Source: Octopus bimaculoides
Taxonomy: Eukaryota
NCBI RefSeq assembly: GCF_001194135.2
Contig: NC_068989.1
Location: forward strand, 76,857,505 to 76,891,321
Length of the DNA stretch: 33,817 bases
Direction: 5' to 3'
Every line of letters begins with the position of its first letter. Within the stretch, counting starts at the first letter, position 1. The notes under the pieces were generated by a model. That model worked only from the letters and a program-made list of their open reading frames with translations, ran no database searches and was not told the origin of the DNA. Of this stretch, positions 11,855-20,907 are shown piece by piece. Both the position numbers and the translations under genes were made by a program.

Positions 11855-12314
11855 NNNNNNNNNNNNNNNNNNNNNNNNNNNNNNNNNNNNNNNNNNNNNN
11901 NNNNNNNNNNNNNNNNNNNNNNNNNNNNNNNNNNNNNNNNNNNNNNNNNNNNNNNNNNNNNNNNNNNNNNNNNNNNNNNNNNNNNNNNNNNNNNNNNNNN
12001 NNNNNNNNNNNNNNNNNNNNNNNNNNNNNNNNNNNNNNNNNNNNNNNNNNNNNNNNNNNNNNNNNNNNNNNNNNNNNNNNNNNNNNNNNNNNNNNNNNNN
12101 NNNNNNNNNNNNNNNNNNNNNNNNNNNNNNNNNNNNNNNNNNNNNNNNNNNNNNNNNNNNNNNNNNNNNNNNNNNNNNNNNNNNNNNNNNNNNNNNNNNN
12201 NNNNNNNNNNNNNNNNNNNNNNNNNNNNNNNNNNNNNNNNNNNNNNNNNNNNNNNNNNNNNNNNNNNNNNNNNNNNNNNNNNNNNNNNNNNNNNNNNNNN
12301 NNNNNNNNNNNNNN
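11855..12314. other. Assembly gap flanked by microsatellites
   Basis: Run of N. Confidence 1.
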
Positions 12315-12450
12315 GTACACACATATGTATACATACACACATACACACATATATATAGTTGAAATTTATAGAAATACAAAAGATGAAGACAGGTGTATGA
12401 ACAATTGTCTGGTGTTTGAGTTTGACGCTCGGGTAAGTAAAGAAGTCTGA

Positions 12451-12478
12451 TACGTGTCGAGACTACGCTCTTCAATAG
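12451..12478 (-). ncRNA. Degenerate hammerhead-like motif at the PLE 3' end
   Basis: Minus strand: CUAUUGA-A-GAGC-GUAG-UCUC-GACA-CG-UA against the intact 3601-3635 motif; three core substitutions and one stem II mismatch. Confidence 0.5.
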
Positions 12479-13004
12479 CAAGGTATACGAGAAAAATAGA
12501 GAGAGGGGATAAAAAACAAATCTTGTGTGTTTAGCGCTCAAGCCTGGCAACTAATTAGAAAAGTAGTTAGAAAGATGAGTTTGAAAGAAGGGAAGATAAA
12601 GTATCATTGGTTCCCAAACGAAGGTGCGCGTGCGTGTGTATGTGAGAATGTGTGTGATTGTAGATAAGGGCTAGTGACTTTGAAGTGCTATGTGTGATGA
12701 CCTATTGAAGACTGAGTGTTGATGTATGGGTGAAGGGTGTTGGTGTGCCGATGATGGTGCGAATTATGGGCGCTGAGAAGTGATCAGTGCTATTGTGTGT
12801 GGAGTGGTGTCGGGTGGTGTGGAGGTGCGGTGGGATGTACGGATGTTAAGATGTGCTGTGGGGGTCGCGTTTGTAGTGAGGGGTGGAGATGTTGGAGTAG
12901 GGTATGAGTTTGGTGTGTGGGAGTGCGGCGGGGTGGTATCATTCAAGGAAGTAGGTGTGTAGGAATGAAGAGAGGAAGTAGGTGCCAGATGTAGAGAGGA
13001 GGAG

Positions 13005-14160
13005 TGTTGAGCTCCTATGGAGCAAAGGAGGAGAGAGGATTGATTCCTGATCACGGCCCCTGTGCAAAGACAGTCTGAACACAGACAGGTGTTGTAGTGA
13101 ATGGCCGGTAGAGCGGAAATGTTGCGAGACTGGAATGTCATTGCCGAGTCTGATGTCTCTGAGTTTCGCCGCTAACCGGTCATCTAAACAGCGTCCCGTT
13201 TGACCGATGTAAAGAGAAGAGCAGAAAGAGCAGGAGGCGTTGCTACAAGTGCAGGTAAAGGAGTCGGTAATATGATAGGGACGATGATGAGTGCCGGTGA
13301 AGATGGTAGTGTTGGAGTGGTAGAGGCAAGTGCGACAGCGTGGGCGGGAGCAGTGGAGCGAACCAGGCTGAGAGGTGGGGTTAGGGATGAAACTGGGGCC
13401 GAGGAAGTCACGCAGATTGTGGGTTCGTTTGAAGTAGGGAAGGGGTAGGTTGGAGATGTGTGAGGTGGAGGGCATGGACTGGAGTCGCCGGAAGGCTCAG
13501 AGAATGGTGCATTAGAGGGGCAAGTTGGAGGGTTGGTAGGTGAATGCAAAAGGAAGACGGACGATGATGCGACGGGTGTGGGGAGAGAGAAGAGAGTCAA
13601 CGTCCATGGACCGTGCCTTGGCAAGTGCTGTGCGGATAGTGGTAAGAAGATATCCACGAAAGAAGTGGCGAGCCATGAGTTGAGACTAAGTCATGGTTGT
13701 AACTGCAGAGCCTGCGAGACGGAGGAATTGGGAGTAGGAGATTGAGAGCTTGGTATAGGTAGGGTGGGAGTAGGAGAAATTCACATAGGAATGTGAGTCG
13801 GTGTGTTTGTAGTGGAGGGAGGCAGTGAGAAGTGCGACGGAAGTGTTGGAAATTGTGTTGGAGAATTCGAGGCAAGATGGAAAGATTGGACAAAAGAGAG
13901 GAAGGAGTCTCGTTGTTCACGGGAGTGTGAATTCGCACCGATACAGTAATCAATATAACGACCGTATAGTTCGGGAACGGGAACAGTGAATCGTGGGAGT
14001 ATTTGGGCCTCAACGTAATCAACGAGAGGTTTGCCTTGTTGGGGCACATTCTCGTTCCCCTGTGACCACTCCCGAAGCCTGCTGGTAAAAATCACCCGCG
14101 AACGAGAAACATTTGAGGGTGAAAACAAGTTTGGCGAGATGAAGAATTGTGACGGTGTCA
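13005..14160 (-). pseudogene. Frameshifted PLE reverse transcriptase + GIY-YIG endonuclease ORF
   Basis: Reconstructed across frames: LAKLVFTLKCFSFAGDFYQQASGV../GTRM.PN.ANL/VDYVE...LYGRYIDYCIG (YIDD motif decayed)/LHYKHTDSHSYVNFSYSHP...SISYSQFLRL/RRLCS/FRGY...ALAKARSMD/CSRPRCRTC...FTCT...CSFCSSLYIGQTGR...VSQHF/SFAP*ELN. Confidence 0.9.
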
Positions 14161-14569
14161 GATTTTGGCGTGACTTGAGAAGCGTTCTCCATACTGGTTG
14201 GTTTTTCGCTTGGATTTGCCAGTTGTTATGCTCAATTTCTTTCAACTTCATATTCCTGTTTGTAGTATCTTTGAATCTCAGTCTAGGTCTTAAATACATT
14301 ATTTACGTTGTTTACATTATTTACATTTGACGGATATTTGTCCTCATCTTGTTTGTTGGTAACATAACGTTTAGGTCTTAAATAGTTTATTTTCCCATTG
14401 CATTGTTAGGAGTAAACGATTTCTTTGGGCAGTTTGTTGCTTTTGTCCATCTTTTGTACGTGATCCAACCGACGTAATTTCCTATCAATGAGGATTTCCA
14501 TCATAGAAGGGGCAGAAAATCACGCCATAGGATCTCATCATTCCTGATCCTGTCAAAGAGAGTAATATC
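14161..14569 (-). mobile_element. RTE-clade LINE, ORF C-terminal fragment, interrupted
   Basis: ITLFDRIRNDEIL..LPSMMEILIDRKLRRLDHVQKMD..KLPKEIVYS*..GK..YLRP, then RPRLRFKDTTNRNMK..I...W...AKNQPVWRTLLK. Matches the RTE C-terminal pattern LRW.GHV.RM...RLPK..LY...GK...GRP.LRFKD...W...A.NR..WR. Confidence 0.85.
14297..14371 (-). mobile_element. 75-bp retro-insertion with a 9-mer tandem tail and 13-bp TSD
   Basis: taggtcttaaata at both 14284-14296 and 14372-14384. Removing the insert and one copy restores the RTE frame YLRPRLRFKD. Tail on minus: atgtaaata atgtaaaca acgtaaata atg. Confidence 0.8.
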
Positions 14570-14680
14570 ATATATATATATAAGCCATACACAGAGACAC
14601 ACACACGTTTACAAACACACACACACACAAACACACGCACACACACACTCACAAACAGACACACATATATACATATATAG
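14570..14680. repeat. Compound (TA)n/(CA)n microsatellite
   Basis: Direct reading. Confidence 0.9.
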
Positions 14681-15425
14681 CGCCAAGGATACCAGCATTG
14701 CCATGAGGATACTGGAACAGATGGTGCAACAGCTTACTTAAATTAGATACACAAGAACTCAGACAACCAGGACCCAAGAAGGAAGAAAAATTAAAAACCC
14801 TGCCTTACATCTCCACACACTACCCACACAACAATGAGGCATTCAACAACATACTCCACAGCACAGCTCTACTCATGAAAGACCCCGAAATGAACCAAAT
14901 CCTCAAAACACATACAATCATTAAAAGTAAGAGGCAATCAAAATCAATGAAAACGATTTTAACCCGGGCCAAATTACACTCAACAATAACCACTAAACCA
15001 ACAGTAAAAAAATGCGGTAGACCCGACTGTGGGATTTGTGTCGACGTAATAGAAGGATCGGAATATCGATTACAAGGCCATAATTTCACAATAAAAACTA
15101 CTTTTACATGTGCATCGGAGAACTTGATCTACCTAATTACATGCTCTGGATGCAAACGGCAATATATTGGACACACTAAAAACAGCCTACGTCAGAGGAT
15201 GGCGGTACACAAATCTCAAATTAGGATCCCAGAAAACAGGAAAATACCTCTCAGCCAGCACATCGACGAATGTGCTTACAACAAATTTCCCAAATTCACA
15301 ACGTTTCCACTATACAAATTCAAAGACAATGCTAGCCAAAATGAACGCATTAGCAAGGAAATATTTTTCATAAGAAAATACCGACCAAGTCTAAATTCTC
15401 TAAACTAGCAACACTGAGACTTTCA
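14681..15425 (+). mobile_element. Second Penelope-like element fragment (Neptune-like linker + GIY-YIG), no RT
   Basis: Bounded by TA-rich arrays on both sides; the protein is clearly different from the minus-strand PLE. Confidence 0.85.
14707..15408 (+). CDS. PLE GIY-YIG endonuclease, stop-to-stop open frame of 233 aa (first ATG at 14875, 177 aa); TE-derived
   Basis: ELRQP..LPYISTHYPHN..KSKRQ..ILTRAK linker; CGRPDCGIC..FTC cysteine cluster; LIYLITCSGCKRQYIGHT; RQRMAVH; SQH; SKEIFFI; PSLN. No internal stop from 14707. Confidence 0.85.
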   Translation, partial: GYWNRWCNSLLKLDTQELRQPGPKKEEKLKTLPYISTHYPHNNEAFNNILHSTALLMKDPEMNQILKTHTIIKSKRQSKSMKTILTRAKLHSTITTKPTVKKCGRPDCGICVDVIEGSEYRLQGHNFTIKTTFTCASENLIYLITCSGCKRQYIGHTKNSLRQRMAVHKSQIRIPENRKIPLSQHIDECAYNKFPKFTTFPLYKFKDNASQNERISKEIFFIRKYRPSLNSLN

Positions 15426-15547
15426 TATATATATTTTTATATATTGATATGTGGATTTGCAAGATTTTCATAAGAAATAAACAAAGGGGATCGAAGAACC
15501 CGATTTCTATTAAAACCATAGGGGGGAAAAATTCCTCAAGTCAACTC

Positions 15548-15548
<1 letters not shown>

Positions 15549-15593
<45 letters not shown>
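15549..15593. repeat. (TAC)15 perfect trinucleotide microsatellite
   Basis: 45 nt counted directly. Confidence 0.95.
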
Positions 15594-17577
15594 AATTGTT
15601 ATTATCATAACTGCTGCTGGTTATTCGACGGCTACAACCACTCCTACAAAAAAAATCTTGACCACTATTTAATATACAAAAACAGATAGTAGTAATCTAC
15701 TGTCACAGCGAGTTTGAATTACCATGTTTCAGAAGGGAACGAAAGGACCACATGCGCATGCAAGAAACAACAGTAAACTATGAATGTCATTCTTAATTTT
15801 AATTTCAATTTTATTTTATTAATAACCCTCTTCTCTTCTCACATATTTTATACTCATTTTTGATAAGGTTTTTTGAAAAAAACCGAAACATGCAATGTAA
15901 ATTAATTAAAACACCCAACAACATATTTTTAAAAAGTGGCATTTTCATTTTTATTTCTCTTTAATATCTACTTACTCGTGTGGTACATTTACAAATCTTT
16001 TCAAATATATATATACAGACATACATATATAATCACAGATCAATTAGCTAAATTTCGTGAAAAATCAATCGCGATTTGTTTGAAGTATTGTAATATACAT
16101 GTACAAATTCATTCGGTATAATTCATTTGAAATAATTTCCAATCAATAAATCAGTGAAAATCAATAACTTTTGCGGTTAATTTTCACTGTGAAAGTATTC
16201 AAAAATAAGAAAAGTGACAATAATTACAAAATATGATGTATTACATTAACATTGTCTATTAGCATTGCAATGTTATGCAATACAATTACCAATTTTCATT
16301 ATACTGATTATATGTAAGCAATGAAAAGCTATAGTTCACAGTACAATGTTTGATACAAATATACAAGAGTATTTGCTGTTTTAATCGTTCATCAATTTTC
16401 GACGAATTTAAAGCGTTATTTAAAATGACTACGCAAAATAACATGTGCGGAACCTGAAGTAATTGGAGACAGCAAAATCTCTAATGATCAGAAATCGCCA
16501 TGAATCCATTACGCAGTAGATGTAACGTATTTTTCAATCAAGGATACACATTCTGAAGAATATTAAGGCAGGTGTCAAATAAGCAACCACGTAAGCAAGT
16601 ATTCTGAACAAAAGATATTATAAAAGGTTGGTAAAAATTCTGAGATAAATTTAAGTTTTATATCTGACTATTGTGTGAGTGGGTCTATGGTAGAGCTGTT
16701 CCCGTATAGTTTCTATTGTAAACTGCACACGTTTTGTTATTTTGTGCATTTCAGGTACTTTACACTCTTCATTCCTCTTGATATTTAAGATTAATGATTA
16801 CGACATAAGACAGCAAGGGTGATAAATGAAAGTATGTATAGATAACAGAAGTAATATGCATACACACATGAATACATGCGCATACATGCACTCCTTCTTA
16901 CACACGTAAACACAAGCAAGCACACACACAGACACACGCACATACACACAGCCGAACAAACAAACACATATATACATATAAAGAATATCTTGTGTGTGAA
17001 GTTACATGTACGAGAGCTATTGTTCAATTTAGAGCTCTAAGTAGATTATAAACATCCTGTCTGGTCGCATTACAGTAGTTTCGTTACTACAATACTCAGT
17101 AGTATTACTGGCTATTTTATACAGATGAAATGTTGAAGATATAATAATAAAATTAATTTCATATCGTTTATTCCCTACGTAAGTTTTACTGTGGATGTTA
17201 ATTCAGATGACAACAACAAAAAAAAACCCTGCGTAGGAAATCAATAATGTAAGCTTGTGGTTATAAGACGTTCACACACGTACATACATACATACATAGA
17301 CACACATATATATAAATATAAATATATATGTTTGTGTGGTGTGTTTGATTGTATGTACGCTTATACACACGAAAATTTAAATTAGGTACACTACACGGAA
17401 TGTAGAGTGGACAATTTACTAGAATCGTGAAACTTGCAAATTTAGTTCTGCGCATTACGATTTAGTATTAGTCTTAGATGAATACTCGAGTGAATGAAAG
17501 GGGGCGTGCTTTGTCAACGTCAATATTTCCACATGTATATAAAGACTGAATGGTCCCCGTAGCTGCTTGAATTCATA

Positions 17578-17595
17578 TAGGTGTGTGTGTGTTTG

Positions 17596-17637
<42 letters not shown>

Positions 17638-18165
17638 NNNNNNNNNNNNNNNNNNNNNNNNNNNNNNNNNNNNNNNNNNNNNNNNNNNNNNNNNNNNNNN
17701 NNNNNNNNNNNNNNNNNNNNNNNNNNNNNNNNNNNNNNNNNNNNNNNNNNNNNNNNNNNNNNNNNNNNNNNNNNNNNNNNNNNNNNNNNNNNNNNNNNNN
17801 NNNNNNNNNNNNNNNNNNNNNNNNNNNNNNNNNNNNNNNNNNNNNNNNNNNNNNNNNNNNNNNNNNNNNNNNNNNNNNNNNNNNNNNNNNNNNNNNNNNN
17901 NNNNNNNNNNNNNNNNNNNNNNNNNNNNNNNNNNNNNNNNNNNNNNNNNNNNNNNNNNNNNNNNNNNNNNNNNNNNNNNNNNNNNNNNNNNNNNNNNNNN
18001 NNNNNNNNNNNNNNNNNNNNNNNNNTATATATATATATATATATATATGCGTGTATATATGCATATGCCTGTGTATATACATTTATATATAGACATATAC
18101 ATATGCATATACATACACACACACAAACACACAAACACACACACACACACACACACGTATATATA
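17578..18165. repeat. (TG)n/(TA)n/(CA)n arrays around assembly gap 17638-18025
   Basis: Direct reading. Confidence 0.9.
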
Positions 18166-18499
18166 TGAGAAATTTTGTACACATTGAGTAAACAACTTTG
18201 TAGGTGGAGTGTGAAAGACGTGTGAAAACAACGTTGTGCACTAGAAAAAGTATTGAAAACAAACAGTAAAGTGTATTCGAACACGTTTGTGTGGGACGTG
18301 AAATGTAGCAAAATGGTAAAAAAAGGAGAAACTAACATTAAAAGCAAGAGAAATGTCAACCATCTTACGTACATGACAGAAGCAGCCATTGTACTTCAAA
18401 AATAAAAGATATACCTCTAACTGAAATGAAATTTCTGTGTGTTAACAAACAAGTCTGTGTATGAAACAAACATACATACATATATCGTGAATATATCGT

Positions 18500-18944
18500 G
18501 TATATATATATATATATNNNNNNNNNNNNNNNNNNNNNNNNNNNNNNNNNNNNNNNNNNNNNNNNNNNNNNNNNNNNNNNNNNNNNNNNNNNNNNNNNNN
18601 NNNNNNNNNNNNNNNNNNNNNNNNNNNNNNNNNNNNNNNNNNNNNNNNNNNNNNNNNNNNNNNNNNNNNNNNNNNNNNNNNNNNNNNNNNNNNNNNNNNN
18701 NNNNNNNNNNNNNNNNNNNNNNNNNNNNNNNNNNNNNNNNNNNNNNNNNNNNNNNNNNNNNNNNNNNNNNNNNNNNNNNNNNNNNNNNNNNNNNNNNNNN
18801 NNNNNNNNNNNNNNNNNNNNNNNNNNNNNNNNNNNNNNNNNNNNNNNNNNNNNNNNNNNNNNNNNNNNNNNNNNNNNNNNNNNNNNNNNNNNNNNNNNNN
18901 NNNNNNNNNNNNNNNNNNNNNNNNNNNNNNNNNNNNNNNNNNNN

Positions 18945-18999
<55 letters not shown>
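18500..18999. repeat. (TA)n, assembly gap 18518-18944, (AG)n
   Basis: Direct reading. Confidence 0.9.
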
Positions 19000-19003
<4 letters not shown>

Positions 19004-19450
19004 ATGAGTATGCATTGAATTAGAACTCTAAATATTTCTGTGATTCAGAGAATTTTTATGATACAAGAAATTTTAATACTCTATGTATACATAATTTCCC
19101 TTTTCAATTAAAAAAAAAAATTATGCCAAGCACACATTTGAAAAGTGGACGTTTAGTTTAGTCGGATAGATTTTTCCGCCAAAGAACATTTTAGAGACAA
19201 ACATTTCAGCGAGAGGATAAAGTACCGGATTGGCTTATAGCAGAACAAATACTATCCAACTGAATATAGAAGCTCATAAATATGTTTCTGAACATACAGC
19301 CCATTTAATTTTGTTAATTTTTATATCCTCGTTGTAAGTGACTTATAAAAATAAAATATAAACATAATAAATTGTAATACCATTGCATGAGAACATAATT
19401 GCAAACGTATTAATGTGTAAACGATTTTAATTACTGTGATTTGTAGTATT

Positions 19451-19666
19451 CTTTTTTAATCTAGGCACAAGGCGTAAAATTATTTGGAATGGGGCCAGTC
19501 GATTAGATCGGCCCCAGTACGCAAATGGTACTTAATTTATCGCCCCCCCGAAAGGATGAACGGCTAAGTCGACCTCGGCAGAATTTGAGCTCAAAACGTG
19601 AAGACAGACGAAATATCGTTAACCATTTCGCCCAGCGTGCTAACGTGTCTGCCAGCTCGCCGCCTT
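19451..19666 (-). mobile_element. SINE family A, full length, with 16-bp TSD
   Basis: Well-preserved head (gtgctaacgtgtctgccagctcgccgcc on +). Flanks are tgtgatttgtagtatt (19435-19450) and tgtgatctgtagtatt (19667-19682), one mismatch. Confidence 0.9.
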
Positions 19667-20689
19667 TGTGATCTGTAGTATTTTTGCAAGAAATAAACCT
19701 GATTTGCTAGAAAATGCATTAGTTTCTGTTTCTGGCTTTAATTTTCTGTGCTTTCATTCATGATTTAATCGAGAAGGCACTTACTAAAGATCGCGATAAT
19801 ATATTTCGAAAGTAGCAATATCTTATTATATTGCTACATTTCTCCTAATATTCTGACTCATTTGTCATTTTTTAACCTCATTAAAAAAAAAAAAAACACA
19901 AATTTTGTTTTCAATGAGACACCTATTTTCGAAGAATGATTGCACACACTCATAAATGGAAAAAGTTGTTGACACTGATGGCTTTGCAAGGGATATGGTA
20001 AAACTTGGGATCAGGAGTATATTCGCGTTCAGAAAGATTATACATGATCCATGGTAAGTGATAGGCTTTCGCTAGAATGGCGAAATGTGTTATGTTGATG
20101 CTGCTGGACAAAAGAAGACGTTGCAAGAATGAATGCCGTACTTCTTTCGGAGTTTTTCTCGCCATTGTTCCAAGGTAGTATTCAAAAGAATTATTTTTAT
20201 TCGCCTACACAAATCTTTGAAATTTCCCTTATTGCCGAATTTCAATCAGGTTTTCTCTCACAACAACGACACTGTATTTTCGGGTCATCATTTACAAAAT
20301 GTATGTTAAGCGAGTTATGTAGATTCTGTCATCCCTTCATTAACAAAACTAAGGGTTTGATTCATGTATCACGAGGCGTTATTCACAATTCGTTGTTAGG
20401 TTTGTAGTTCCAACGAGTTTATTAATACAACCAATTTCTTTTCTGCGTTATGCGAGAGAACGTGTTGCAAGAAATGGAAATGTAATACCCTACTCTCTAC
20501 ATCCCAACTCTTTGCACTATACTTCACAACACTTTATCAATCTTTTCAAAGATTGGTATAACTACATTGAGGAACGTTATCGCAAGACTAGATATTCAAT
20601 CGCAAACGGGCAAAGAACTTGTACATTGATAACTTTGACATTCGTGCAATTAATGCCACATTTTATACATACATACATGCATACACACT

Positions 20690-20907
20690 CATATATATAT
20701 ATATATATATATANNNNNNNNNNNNNNNNNNNNNNNNNNNNNNNNNNNNNNNNNNNNNNNNNNNNNNNNNNNNNNNNNNNNNNNNNNNNNNNNNNNNNNN
20801 NNNNNNNNNNNNNNNNNNNNNNNNNNNNNNNNNNNNNNNNNNNNNNNNNNNNNNNNNNNNNNNNNNNNNNNNNNNNNNNNNNNNNNNTATATATACACAT
20901 ATATATA
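20690..20907. repeat. (TA)n arrays around assembly gap 20714-20887
   Basis: Direct reading. Confidence 0.9.

Larger units (their letters stand above)
12358..14160 (-). mobile_element. Penelope-like retroelement (Neptune-like), 5'-truncated and decayed
   Basis: RT motifs, thumb, linker and GIY-YIG across frames, then a C/A-rich 3' region and a hammerhead-like terminus ending at (TA)n. Confidence 0.9.

Noticed and set aside
12764-14330. Plus-strand ORFs (12780, 13200, 13533, 14031) and Pro/Thr/Ser-rich minus ORFs (12764, 13184)
   Set aside because: Antisense or off-frame readings of the decayed PLE and RTE, kept open by strand-skewed composition
19808-19842. Hairpin gaaa-gtagcaatat-cttatt-atattgctac-a-tttc
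   Set aside because: Only 35 nt, AT-rich, too short for a pre-miRNA, and no TIR or TSD context for a MITE
19956-20059. ATG-initiated 32-codon frame (MEKVVDTDGF...) ending at a perfect ATG|GTAAGT donor
   Set aside because: Unrecognised peptide, no downstream partner exon, and compatible with chance
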